Assembly: GCA_903824185.1 (NCBI GenBank) | Contig: CAIJVU010000003.1 | Coordinates: 45,434-109,433, forward strand | From: an uncultured Hyphomicrobiales bacterium | Lineage (GTDB): Bacteria > Pseudomonadota > Alphaproteobacteria > Rhizobiales > Beijerinckiaceae | DNA length: 64,000 bases | Direction: 5' to 3' | Part shown: positions 9,148 through 18,586 of the stretch, one piece after another | How positions within the stretch are numbered: the first letter of the stretch is position 1 | Layout of the letters: every line of letters starts with the position of its first letter | Position numbers and translations under genes: made by a program | Notes under the pieces: generated by a model | The model's input: the letters and a program-made list of their open reading frames with translations, nothing else | Databases searched by the model: none | What the model was told of the DNA's origin: nothing

Positions 9148-10791
9148 ATGGAAAGTAACGAGACCAAATGGCGTGGCTTGCTCGACAAGCAGAATATTAT
9201 CGCCCAAGCAGGCTTCAACCGCTGGCTGGTTCCGCCAGCTGCTCTCGCCATCCATTTATGTATTGGCATGGCCTATGGCTTCAGCGTGTTTTGGCTTCCG
9301 CTCTCACAAGCCATCGGCATTGGCAAACCTGTCGCCTGCCCCGCTGATACGAGCATGTTGCAAATTTTGTTTACAACAACCTGCGATTGGAAAGTCGCTG
9401 ATCTGGGTTGGATGTATACGTTGTTTTTCGTGCTGCTGGGATCGTCAGCGGCGATCTGGGGCGGCTGGCTTGAACGCGTGGGTCCGCGCAAAGCAGGCTT
9501 TGTCTCCACCTTGTGCTGGTGTGGTGGTTTGCTGATTTCAGCGGCGGGCGTTTACACGCATCAATTATGGATGATGTGGCTGGGCTCCGGCGTCATCGGG
9601 GGCATCGGTCTTGGTCTTGGTTATATTTCTCCGGTGTCGACATTGGTGAAATGGTTTCCCGACCGGCGTGGCATGGCAACCGGCATGGCCATTATGGGCT
9701 TTGGCGGCGGCGCCATGATCGGCTCGCCTCTTGCCGATATGTTGATGAATTATTTCAAAACCCCGACATCGGTGGGTGTGTGGCAAACCTTTATTGTCAT
9801 GGCGGTGATTTATTTCGTCTCGATGATGATCGGGTCGTTCGGATACCGCATCCCGCCTGTGGGCTGGATCCCCGAAGGCTGGACACCACCGGTGAAGAAA
9901 AATGCCATGATCACCCATGGCCATGTCCATCTGAAAAACGCCCATAAAACCCCGCAATTCTGGTTGATCTGGGCTGTGCTGTGTCTGAATGTGTCGGCAG
10001 GCATCGGCGTGATCGGGATGGCCTCTCCGATGCTGCAGGAAATTTTTGCAGGATCACTGATTGCCCAACCCTCCATCGGCTTTGCCGATTTAAATGCCGA
10101 CCAGAAAAAAGCAATCGCCACCATTGCAGCGGGCTTTGTGGGCTTGCTGTCTTTGTTTAATATTGTGGGACGGTTTTTCTGGGCCTCCTTGTCGGATAAA
10201 ATGGGTCGTAAATTGACCTATTTCACCTTCTTTGGTTTGGGCATTGCCCTTTATGCCGCAGCCCCTTGGGCGGGACATGAAGGCTTGCTGGCCGTGTTCG
10301 TGCTGTTCTTCTGCATCATCTTGTCGATGTATGGCGGCGGCTTTGCCACTGTGCCTGCTTATCTTGCCGATATGTTCGGCACGCAATTTGTGGGCGCTAT
10401 TCACGGACGCTTGCTGACAGCCTGGTCAACCGCGGGCATTGTCGGCCCCGTGGTGGTGAATTATATCCGCGAGGCGCAGATTGCAGCGGGCGTGCCCCGC
10501 GCGCAGGTCTATGACCGCACCATGCTGATTTTGGCAGGCATGTTGGTCTTGGGCTTTATTGCCAATCTGCTCATTCGACCCGTGGCCGAAAAATGGTTCA
10601 TGACGGATGCGGAAGTGGCCGAATTGCATGCCCAATATGCCAAATCCCATGAACATGACCCGTCCGGCTCATTCGGAATCGGTCGTGGCGGACTTGATGC
10701 GTCAACAGCCTTGGCGTGGACGCTGATCGGGATTCCGATTGCATGGGGTGTGTGGATCACCTTCTCGAAAGCGCTGATCCTGTTCAAATAA
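9148..10791 (+). CDS. MFS transporter, oxalate/formate antiporter (OFA)-like family
   Basis: 547 aa and hydrophobic throughout. The N-terminus (NRWLVPPAALAIHLCIGMAYGFSVFWLPL), the LLGSSAAIWGGWLERVGPRK loop and the DRRGMATGMAIMGFGGGAMIGSPLA block are typical of OFA-family MFS proteins. A good RBS (GGGAGGGGA) precedes the ATG. Confidence 0.8.
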   Translation: MESNETKWRGLLDKQNIIAQAGFNRWLVPPAALAIHLCIGMAYGFSVFWLPLSQAIGIGKPVACPADTSMLQILFTTTCDWKVADLGWMYTLFFVLLGSSAAIWGGWLERVGPRKAGFVSTLCWCGGLLISAAGVYTHQLWMMWLGSGVIGGIGLGLGYISPVSTLVKWFPDRRGMATGMAIMGFGGGAMIGSPLADMLMNYFKTPTSVGVWQTFIVMAVIYFVSMMIGSFGYRIPPVGWIPEGWTPPVKKNAMITHGHVHLKNAHKTPQFWLIWAVLCLNVSAGIGVIGMASPMLQEIFAGSLIAQPSIGFADLNADQKKAIATIAAGFVGLLSLFNIVGRFFWASLSDKMGRKLTYFTFFGLGIALYAAAPWAGHEGLLAVFVLFFCIILSMYGGGFATVPAYLADMFGTQFVGAIHGRLLTAWSTAGIVGPVVVNYIREAQIAAGVPRAQVYDRTMLILAGMLVLGFIANLLIRPVAEKWFMTDAEVAELHAQYAKSHEHDPSGSFGIGRGGLDASTALAWTLIGIPIAWGVWITFSKALILFK

Positions 10792-10796
10792 AAAAA

Positions 10797-10828
10797 GAGC
10801 ATGGGGCTCCGCAAAGAGCCCCATGCTC
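10797..10828. terminator. bidirectional hairpin between convergent genes (MFS-OFA and SDR)
   Basis: GAGCATGGGGCTC-cgcaaa-GAGCCCCATGCTC is a perfect 13-bp stem, preceded by an A-run (AAAAAAA). Confidence 0.7.
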
Positions 10829-10839
10829 ATCAACATCCG

Positions 10840-11598
10840 TTATCGTTTCAAAGCTTTGGTGATACGAAAGGCGAGAGAATAAGGCAGCAGGCGTAAAATT
10901 TTCAGCCAGATTGTAAAGCGTTTGGGGAAATGCACTTCAAAGCCGCTGTCGCGCAAACCGTCTGCAATGGAGCGTGCAGCTTGATCAGCGCCGATGATCA
11001 TGGGCATGTCGAAGCTGTTTTTATCGGTCAATTCCGTGCGCACGAAACCCGGACTGATCAATTTCACATCGATATAGTCGGGCAATTCGGCCACAAGGCT
11101 TTCGGCAATATTCATGACACCGGCCTTGGTTGCACTATAAGGCTGGCCACCGGGCAGACCGATATAACCCGCCACACTGCCGCACAAAGCGATCTGCCCC
11201 TTTTGCTGCTCTTTGAAAAGCGGCAATACGGCATGCAGCGCATGAAACACACCAAGCAGATTGACCTCGACAATCTGACGCGTCACGGCCAGATCAAGCA
11301 CGCAGATCTGCATCGGCGTATAGACGGCCGCAAGGTAGATCACCCGATCAAGACGCCCGAACACCGCACGAATGGCTTGTGCCGTACGCAGGACATCATC
11401 GGCATGGGCGACATCAAGCGGAAAGATTTTATGATCACCCGCAAGCGTGTCTTTTAACTGATCAAGCGCATCTTTGCGGCGCGCCGACAAAGCAAGGCGC
11501 GCGCCGCGTGCTGAACATTCACGGGCCAAAGCGGCACCGATGCCACTGCTGGCACCGATGATCCAGACAACCTCGTCCCGATAATCGGTCTGTGTCAT
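10840..11598 (-). CDS. short-chain dehydrogenase/reductase (SDR), last gene of the lipid-modification block
   Basis: 252 aa with the TGxxxGxG-type motif VWIIGASSGIGAALA and the catalytic YSATKAG. The start overlaps the upstream stop by 4 nt. Confidence 0.88.
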   Translation of the reverse strand: MTQTDYRDEVVWIIGASSGIGAALARECSARGARLALSARRKDALDQLKDTLAGDHKIFPLDVAHADDVLRTAQAIRAVFGRLDRVIYLAAVYTPMQICVLDLAVTRQIVEVNLLGVFHALHAVLPLFKEQQKGQIALCGSVAGYIGLPGGQPYSATKAGVMNIAESLVAELPDYIDVKLISPGFVRTELTDKNSFDMPMIIGADQAARSIADGLRDSGFEVHFPKRFTIWLKILRLLPYSLAFRITKALKR

Positions 11599-12137
11599 GG
11601 CTTTTGCTTTTTCATGAAGATGGTGAGCTCAGACACCGTGAAGCCGAATTTTTTCAAATAAGAGCGATTGATCAACACGCCGTCATTCATCTGCCACATC
11701 CAGTCATCGAAGCGGATCCGATAGACTTTGTCATCGACCGGCAGATCCATCACATAATTCCAGCGTACGGCACTGCCAACTTCATTACCAACCGCCTTGT
11801 CGATAATGTCACTGGCGGTTCCTTCATAGCTGCCATCGGGCAATTTGGTGATGGTCCAGACGCGCGTTTGTTTCTTGCCGTTGTAATAAGAAAAATGCTC
11901 GTGCAGCGTGCCGGTATCGCCCTTCCACTGTCCGACCATGTCGACATCGAAGCGGTTGACAACCTTGCCCTGCCAATCCTGCACGATGCCCCAGGCTTTG
12001 ATGGGGCCGTTGAAATAGTCTTTGATATCCGCTTTGGGACTTGTCTGCGCATAATAATCGAGCGACGCGGTGCTGCAGCCGTTAAACATGATCAGAGCTC
12101 CCATGATAGCGATGGTTTTCAAGATTTTCATTGTCAA
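11595..12137 (-). CDS. DUF3833-family lipoprotein
   Basis: 180 aa. It has a signal peptide with a lipobox (ALIMFNGCS), then YFNGPIKAWGIVQDWQGKVVNRFDVDMVGQW and FDDWMW blocks as I recall for DUF3833. The family typically co-occurs with CFA-synthase/DUF1365 clusters. Confidence 0.7.
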   Translation of the reverse strand: MTMKILKTIAIMGALIMFNGCSTASLDYYAQTSPKADIKDYFNGPIKAWGIVQDWQGKVVNRFDVDMVGQWKGDTGTLHEHFSYYNGKKQTRVWTITKLPDGSYEGTASDIIDKAVGNEVGSAVRWNYVMDLPVDDKVYRIRFDDWMWQMNDGVLINRSYLKKFGFTVSELTIFMKKQKP

Positions 12138-13407
12138 CTCCGTGGGTGGACGTGATGAAGAACAGGCTCAGTAAACCTGCGGCAGCGAGTTTTAAAACAC
12201 AGGGCAAAACCGCATAGGCCGTACTGAGAAATAACAAAGCGTGTGGCGTGTTGGCTGTCATCGGCACAAAGCCCACAAGACCCAGCACCGGCAAAACAAC
12301 CGCAGAAGCCACAGCAAGACCGATTTTGGAAAACAAGGCCAGCAAAGAATATTGCACCGCCGCGTGATCTTGGGTGCGACTGTGATGAATCAAATCAGCG
12401 AGGATTGCGGGCGGCAAGGCGATATCGGCACCCAGCGCCAGACCCGACAAGACGCAGACCATGCCATATTGAACGACATCGCCTTGATCCAGAAAAAAGG
12501 CCCAGCAGAAATTGGCAACGGCCAGCAGCATGGAAAACATCCAGCCGCGATAAGGCCCATATGTTTGGCTGATGCTTTTCCACAAAGGCATGGCCACAGC
12601 ACCGGATAAAAAGTAAAGCAGCAAAAACAGACCCGTGAGATGTTCTGCGCCCAACAGATCACGCACAAAAAACAGCACCAAAATAGCGGGGATCGCCGAG
12701 GCCAGCATGTTGAGGCCATAGACACATAAAAACCGCCATGTGGCGGGCGCAATGGCACCAATGCTTTTGCGCAACGAAACAGATTGGCTGTTGCGCTTCA
12801 AGACTATGGCCGCATTCTCCTCAAGCCACGGCCAGAAAATAAGCCACGCGCCTGCCATCAAAAAAGCGAGGGTCACACAGGCATAGAGATAGGCCGCTTC
12901 CCCGCCGAAAACATGTTTGAAAAGGCTTGGCAAAGACACGGCCACCACAAGGCCTATGAGACCACAGGCCTCTCTGATGCTGGTGATACGGATTTGCGCA
13001 TCGGGATCCTCACACCACAAGCCGCCCAGCGTATTGAGATTGATGCTGAGAACACTATAGGACAAAACCGCCAAACCCATGCAGAGCAAAAACCACACAG
13101 CCGGATCAAATGGCAAGAAGCCAAACAGCCCGAGCATCACCATGCACAGCAGAAACGAGGCCCCCGCCATCAACCAATGCGTGAAAGGTCGCAAACGATC
13201 ACTGATCACACCGATCACGGGATCAAGCATGGCATCAAAAAAGCGGATGCCTAAAAGCAATGCGCCCAAAAGCGCCAAAGGCATGGCATGCACAGTGGCA
13301 TAATAATCTTGCGCCAGCACATAGACGGGAAAACCCGCAAAGGCAGTGGGCACCGCCAAAATGCTGTAGCGCCAGATGGCCGACTGGCTGAGGGGGGCCG
13401 TGCTCAT
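12082..13407 (-). CDS. MFS transporter (GPH/sugar-cation symporter-like)
   Basis: 441 aa and multi-spanning hydrophobic. The RFFDAMLDPVIGVISDR motif resembles the GPH-family loop 2-3 motif. It has an ATGA-type 4-nt overlap with the upstream gene. Confidence 0.72.
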   Translation of the reverse strand: MSTAPLSQSAIWRYSILAVPTAFAGFPVYVLAQDYYATVHAMPLALLGALLLGIRFFDAMLDPVIGVISDRLRPFTHWLMAGASFLLCMVMLGLFGFLPFDPAVWFLLCMGLAVLSYSVLSINLNTLGGLWCEDPDAQIRITSIREACGLIGLVVAVSLPSLFKHVFGGEAAYLYACVTLAFLMAGAWLIFWPWLEENAAIVLKRNSQSVSLRKSIGAIAPATWRFLCVYGLNMLASAIPAILVLFFVRDLLGAEHLTGLFLLLYFLSGAVAMPLWKSISQTYGPYRGWMFSMLLAVANFCWAFFLDQGDVVQYGMVCVLSGLALGADIALPPAILADLIHHSRTQDHAAVQYSLLALFSKIGLAVASAVVLPVLGLVGFVPMTANTPHALLFLSTAYAVLPCVLKLAAAGLLSLFFITSTHGVDNENLENHRYHGSSDHV

Positions 13408-13919
13408 GGCAGACCCAGCAATTTCCGCCGCAATTGTGGTTCGGAGGTTTGAGGACCGATCCAGATATCAGAAAACAAACGGCCAAATTCAGCATCGGCA
13501 ATCACGCCGATTTGTTTGTCACCAGCATAAAAAACCGTTTTATCGCCGGGGAAAAACAGCGCTGATAAAACACTGCCCTCTTTGACATTGGGAAAAATCA
13601 GTTTCATCTGACTGTTCCACGCAGCCAATCTGATTTCATCCGTATAGCCTTGTTTGCGGATCTCTTGCACGGAGCGATCGGCAATATCACGCCCGTCGAT
13701 CTCTTGCTTGTAGCGGATCGACAAAGCAAAGGATTTGTTGGGGGTCAGCTTGCCATTGGGCGCATAAAGGGTTGCGTCATAAATATCCCAAAACACCAGA
13801 GACAGTTTGCCCTCCCCGACCACTTTTGCATCGGGGATTTGCTTCAACACGCTTTCAACCGCTGCGGCCGATCCAGCCCAGCTCAACAAAGCGGCGAGAA
13901 AGGCTGTGCTATAGCGCAT
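13404..13919 (-). CDS. secreted chalcone-isomerase-like family protein
   Basis: 171 aa. It has a cleavable signal peptide (AALLSWAGSAAA), then GKLSLVFWDIYDATLYAP and FALSIRYKQEI, matching bacterial CHI-like proteins that accompany CFA-synthase clusters. This family call is from memory. Confidence 0.6.
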   Translation of the reverse strand: MRYSTAFLAALLSWAGSAAAVESVLKQIPDAKVVGEGKLSLVFWDIYDATLYAPNGKLTPNKSFALSIRYKQEIDGRDIADRSVQEIRKQGYTDEIRLAAWNSQMKLIFPNVKEGSVLSALFFPGDKTVFYAGDKQIGVIADAEFGRLFSDIWIGPQTSEPQLRRKLLGLP

Positions 13920-15069
13920 GTTGCAGCTCCATTTGCATCACATCGGTGCGGCCGATTTTAAAGCCGGCGATGCAGGAGGTGAGATAAAAGCGCCACATGC
14001 GAATGAATTTTTCATCAAAACCCAAAGCACGCACTTCGCCAAGGCGTTCTTCAAAACGCGCGAGCCATAATTCCAAAGTGCGGGCATAATCCTGACCAAA
14101 GGCAAAGGCATCGGTGAGTTTGAAACCGGCCTTGATGCTTTCTTCTTCAAAGCGCTTGGGGGATGGCAACATGCCGCCGGGGAAAATAAAGGTGCGGATG
14201 GCATCGCCCCCTTCCCGATAACGGTCAAAATAACGATCGCCGATGGTGATGGTTTGCACCACGGCTTTGCCATTATCGGCCAGAAGAGATTTCAATTTTT
14301 TGAAGTAGGTCGGCCAATAATTCTCGCCAACCGCCTCAAACATTTCAATCGAGACGATATTGTCATAACGCCCTGTTTGCAGGCGATAATCCTCAAGGGC
14401 TATCTCGGCCTTTTGGCCCAAACGCGCAGTGGCAAAGGCGTGCTGCTCATTGGAAATGGTCAGACCCTTGATGGCATAATCGCGCCGCTGCAACGCCCGT
14501 TCGGCAAAACCACCCCAACCGCAGCCGATTTCCAACACGCGACCCGATGTGCCCAGACGATCGATGATGCGGTCATATTTGCTGTGTTGCGCCTTTTCCA
14601 GATCATCATGCGGGTCTTGGAAAAGGGCGGAGGAATAGGTCATGGTCTGATCAAGCCATAATTGGTAAAAATCATTGCCAAGATCATAATGGGCGTGGAT
14701 GTTTTTACGGCTGCCGCGCAAGGTATTTTGCGTAAACAAATACGCAAATTTTGAGGCCACGCGTGCAAAAAGACCACCGCGAATATATTTGTTCAGCGCG
14801 CTCTCATTTTGCAGGCCAAAATAAAACAACTGCACCAGATCATCGCTCGACCACCAGCCATCACGATAACCTTCGGCAAGACCGATATCACCGCTTGACG
14901 CCAGAGCCGTAATCGCCCGCCAATCCTGCACCACAAACTGCGCGTCCGCGCCCGCATGCGGCCCCTGATAGGACATGGTTTTTCCGTCAGGCGTTGTCAC
15001 CGTCAAGCGGCCATATTCAATATGGTTCAAGGTCTCAAGGAAGCGATTGATAATTTGTCTTTCGAACAT
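13909..15069 (-). CDS. cyclopropane-fatty-acyl-phospholipid synthase family SAM-dependent methyltransferase
   Basis: SAM motif I (VLEIGCGWGGFA), HYDLGNDFY and IEMFEAVG blocks. The track ORF extends to 15129. ATG 15069 (MFERQIINRFLE) is preceded by an AAGGG RBS-like element and is my preferred start. Confidence 0.88.
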   Translation of the reverse strand: MFERQIINRFLETLNHIEYGRLTVTTPDGKTMSYQGPHAGADAQFVVQDWRAITALASSGDIGLAEGYRDGWWSSDDLVQLFYFGLQNESALNKYIRGGLFARVASKFAYLFTQNTLRGSRKNIHAHYDLGNDFYQLWLDQTMTYSSALFQDPHDDLEKAQHSKYDRIIDRLGTSGRVLEIGCGWGGFAERALQRRDYAIKGLTISNEQHAFATARLGQKAEIALEDYRLQTGRYDNIVSIEMFEAVGENYWPTYFKKLKSLLADNGKAVVQTITIGDRYFDRYREGGDAIRTFIFPGGMLPSPKRFEEESIKAGFKLTDAFAFGQDYARTLELWLARFEERLGEVRALGFDEKFIRMWRFYLTSCIAGFKIGRTDVMQMELQHAL

Positions 15070-15134
15070 CGTATAACCCTTATTTAGGCTTTCAACTCTA
15101 GCAGCAACAGGCCAACAGGCAGATGTCACAGGCC

Positions 15135-15896
15135 TTACATTTTGGTAAGGTTGTCGGACACCGTCAGCGTTTCGGGGACGGGTTTGGGTTTGGCAATATA
15201 ACGAATGCCTTTCATGACAAGTTTAAAAGCCTGCCAGTGAATGAGGGCCATGGCTTTCAATGCCACCACGGGATGCGACCAAAATGCCCAGCGCAAGGAT
15301 GAGGCCGTGAGCGGCGCCAAAGTGCCCATAAGCGACGTGGTCAATTGCAACTGACCCTGTTCATCATAATAATTGATGAAGAAGCCAAGCCTTTTGTCTT
15401 TGACATCAAACCGGAATTGATAATGGCCACTGCGCTTGAGAAAAGGCGAAACATGGAAAAGCTTTTCAGCCTGCAGCCATTCCCGCGCGGTGATGGGGCG
15501 ATGATCGGGATGGGCGCAGAGATAGCTGTGATGCTCGTGAAAGGTGTTGTGCACCTCGCTCAATACCGCGCGTAATTGACCCTCGGCATCCAAGCACAGA
15601 TAAAATGTCACGGGATTGAAGACATAGCCCAAAACACGCGGCATGGTGATGACCATGACATCGGCAATGACGCTCTTCAAATCATAAGGCGCGAGGCAAT
15701 CATCAACCCAAGTCTCAAGCCCGCGTCCGTCCTGATAGCCCAGATCATCCTGCGGAAAGCGTTGCAGCACAGAGGGCAATTGAGTGGCGGGCAAGGGCAT
15801 GGCCACATAATAGATGCGGTAATGAAACGCATTGATGCGGGGAAAGAGCCGCTTATGCATCACCTTTGCGCTCAGGATTTGCGGCACTAGCTCCAT
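15135..15896 (-). CDS. DUF1365-family protein (UfaO-like)
   Basis: 253 aa. The start (V.H.R..P..N.F.Y..YY) and the later HVSPF block are characteristic of DUF1365. It overlaps the upstream gene by 10 nt. Confidence 0.75.
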   Translation of the reverse strand: MELVPQILSAKVMHKRLFPRINAFHYRIYYVAMPLPATQLPSVLQRFPQDDLGYQDGRGLETWVDDCLAPYDLKSVIADVMVITMPRVLGYVFNPVTFYLCLDAEGQLRAVLSEVHNTFHEHHSYLCAHPDHRPITAREWLQAEKLFHVSPFLKRSGHYQFRFDVKDKRLGFFINYYDEQGQLQLTTSLMGTLAPLTASSLRWAFWSHPVVALKAMALIHWQAFKLVMKGIRYIAKPKPVPETLTVSDNLTKM

Positions 15897-17209
15897 GATT
15901 TGGGAATGCCCATTTTTTCTGTGATGGCCACCGCACTGCCCAAGCCATCTTCATGGAAACCATAGCGTTGATAGGCGCCACAAAACCAGAAACGGTTTTG
16001 GCCTTGAAGTGTGGCAATCTCGCCTTGCGCCCTGATGGCTGCCTCGTCAAAGAGGGGATGATCAAACCAGTAATCATTATGCACCAAAGCGGGATCAGGC
16101 TCACGCCCCGGATTGAGCGTCACGATCATGGGTTGGGAGGTGGTCAAAGGTTGCAGATTATTCATCCAATAACTCAAAGAGACCATCGGATTATCGTCCT
16201 GCCGTGCCTCTGACAAATAGACCCAGCTGGCCCAAGCCTGCTTGCGCTGCGGCATGAAGCTGAGATCGCTGTGCAACACGGCGCGGTTGGGCTGATAGCG
16301 GAACGCCCCCAAAATGCGCGCCTCGTCTGGGGTCGGGTTTTCAATCATCGCCAATGCCTGATCGGCATGGCAGGCAAAAACAACCGCGTCATAGGTCTCA
16401 TGCCCGCCTTGATCGTCAAACACCACAACCCGATCACCCTCGCGCACGACACGGGTCACACCGGTATTCACGCGGATGCGGTCGGCAAAAGAGGCCGTCA
16501 GCCGTTTGACATATTCGCGGCTGCCGCCTGTCACCGTGAACCATTGCGGCTGGTCATTGATGGTTAAAAGCCCGTGATTTTCAAAAAAGCGAATGAATGT
16601 GGCGGCCGGAAATTTCAGCATTTCCGTGAGCGGTGTGCTCCAGATCGCACCCCCCATGGCCAGCAGATAATAGTTGCGAAACCATGCGCCCATTTTAAGG
16701 CGTTCCAGACAATCGCCCAGACTGATCATGGGATCGCTTTGCAGGAACTGTTTGGCCTGATTGTTGAAGCGGATAATGTCGCGCAGCATCTGCCAGAAAT
16801 CGGGGCGCAACAGATTGCGCTTTTGCGCAAAAATATTGGCCAGACGCGGCGTGCCATATTCCAGCCAGCCCTGATTGATGCTGGCGGCAAAAGACATGTC
16901 GCTTTGCGACACCGGCACATCGAGATGCGCAAAAAGCCCCGTCAGCAAAGGATAATTGCGGTAATTAAAAACAATAAAGCCGGTATCAACGGCAATCACA
17001 CCTTCGTGCGTATTCACCTCCACCGTGCGGCTATGACCGCCGATATAGGGATTTTTCTCGTAAACCGTAATGGAATGATGCGGATTGAGCAGATAGGCGG
17101 CCCCCGAACCAGAAATACCGGTGCCGATCACTGCGATTTTCTGATGTGTATTTGGTTTCATAGCCCCTTTTATGGGCGCAGGCAGCTTGCCGAAGAATTG
17201 CCCGAACAT
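15887..17209 (-). CDS. FAD/NAD(P)-binding amine-oxidase-like oxidoreductase (UfaD-like putative acyl-chain desaturase)
   Basis: 440 aa with the dinucleotide fold KIAVIGTGISGSGAAYLL followed by VYEKN.YIGGHS. The alternative start is 17161. Confidence 0.82.
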   Translation of the reverse strand: MFGQFFGKLPAPIKGAMKPNTHQKIAVIGTGISGSGAAYLLNPHHSITVYEKNPYIGGHSRTVEVNTHEGVIAVDTGFIVFNYRNYPLLTGLFAHLDVPVSQSDMSFAASINQGWLEYGTPRLANIFAQKRNLLRPDFWQMLRDIIRFNNQAKQFLQSDPMISLGDCLERLKMGAWFRNYYLLAMGGAIWSTPLTEMLKFPAATFIRFFENHGLLTINDQPQWFTVTGGSREYVKRLTASFADRIRVNTGVTRVVREGDRVVVFDDQGGHETYDAVVFACHADQALAMIENPTPDEARILGAFRYQPNRAVLHSDLSFMPQRKQAWASWVYLSEARQDDNPMVSLSYWMNNLQPLTTSQPMIVTLNPGREPDPALVHNDYWFDHPLFDEAAIRAQGEIATLQGQNRFWFCGAYQRYGFHEDGLGSAVAITEKMGIPKSWS

Positions 17210-17212
17210 AAA

Positions 17213-18586
17213 CTATTGGTAAGGTTGGAACACAACGCGAACTTCCAAACCCGGATCACCATCATGCAAGCTCATCACGGCCTGATGTTGGCGCACAATC
17301 GCCTTGGCGAGACTGAGCCCCAGACCATTGCCTTGCGAGGAGCGGCTGGCATCGCCGCGATAAAAATGTTTGAAGACGGCATCTTTTTCGGCATCGGGCA
17401 CACCCGGCCCCTGATCGACGATCTTGACCAAAACCTCGCCTTGTCTGGCTGAAACCGTCAGGGTGATGACGGAGGCCTCGGGTGAAAATTTCACCGCATT
17501 GTCCAAGAGATTGGCGAAAAGCTGGAACAACAAATCCGCATCGCCCTTGATCCGGCAGGCGGGCTCCAAACGCAAAGCAAAGGAGATGTTTTTTTCCTCG
17601 GCCACGGGCTCGTAAAGCTCCACCACATCTTGCAGCAAGGCGGAGAGATCAATTTCATGAAAGGCCTGCAAGCGCTTGCCTTGTTCGATATTGGTGATGC
17701 GCAACAAAGACTGGAATACCCGCATCATCTGATCGGTTTCGGCCATCAATTTATCAAGGTGATGGTCTTCCACGCGTGTGCCTTTGAGGGCCTCGATCTC
17801 GCTGCGCAATCCGGCCAGCGGCGTGCGTAAATCATGCGCAATATTATTGCTGACCTCGCGCACCGAAATCATCAAGGTCTCGATTTGATCGAGAAAGGTA
17901 TTGAGAAGCCGCGCCAGATTGCTCAGATCATCCCATTGCGTATCAATGGTGATGCGGCGGGAGAGATCATTATTGGTAATGAGGTCATGGGCTGTGACGG
18001 CAATGCGGTTGATACGGCTGACCACAAAAAAACTGATACCGAAACTGACCAGCACAACCGCCAGCATCAGCACCATGATCACCAGACTCAAATATTTGAG
18101 CCGCTCATAGCTGGCCGCCAAATCACGAATGTCTCGCGCCACCAAAACCCTGTCATTATCGGGCAAAGTATAGATTTTGGCGGCAAGCTCCCGCTTGCCC
18201 TGATCACTCTCCAGCGTGAAATGTAAGATGCCTTCTTTCAAGCGGCTGATGTCATCGGGGAGCACCACGATATTGCCGGCCCGAAAGTGCCTCTTGCCAT
18301 CTTCAAGCCGGAAAAACACCCGATTGTCATGCTGGCTGCGGTGGGTGAGATAGGTGATGATCTGGTCTTGCTGATCCGCACCGCTGCCCATCGTGGCCAG
18401 AACGCTGATCTCGGCATCAATGGCGGCTTCGGTTTCACGCAAGAAATCACGCTGGCCGAAATCATAGAGAAAATAGATCAAAATTGTCGCGGAAATGCCC
18501 AGCAGCACTGTGAACAGTGCCGCCATTTTAAAGCTGGAACTTTGGACATAAGGTCTAAAAACTGTCTTCAACAATATAACCCGCAC
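17213..18586 (-). CDS. sensor histidine kinase (two TM segments, HAMP, HisKA, HATPase_c)
   Basis: 457 aa with the H-box SNNIAHDLRTPLA, the N-box LLDNAVKFSP and the G-boxes DQGPGVP and GNGLGLSLA. The alternative start is 18526. Confidence 0.9.
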   Translation of the reverse strand: MRVILLKTVFRPYVQSSSFKMAALFTVLLGISATILIYFLYDFGQRDFLRETEAAIDAEISVLATMGSGADQQDQIITYLTHRSQHDNRVFFRLEDGKRHFRAGNIVVLPDDISRLKEGILHFTLESDQGKRELAAKIYTLPDNDRVLVARDIRDLAASYERLKYLSLVIMVLMLAVVLVSFGISFFVVSRINRIAVTAHDLITNNDLSRRITIDTQWDDLSNLARLLNTFLDQIETLMISVREVSNNIAHDLRTPLAGLRSEIEALKGTRVEDHHLDKLMAETDQMMRVFQSLLRITNIEQGKRLQAFHEIDLSALLQDVVELYEPVAEEKNISFALRLEPACRIKGDADLLFQLFANLLDNAVKFSPEASVITLTVSARQGEVLVKIVDQGPGVPDAEKDAVFKHFYRGDASRSSQGNGLGLSLAKAIVRQHQAVMSLHDGDPGLEVRVVFQPYQ

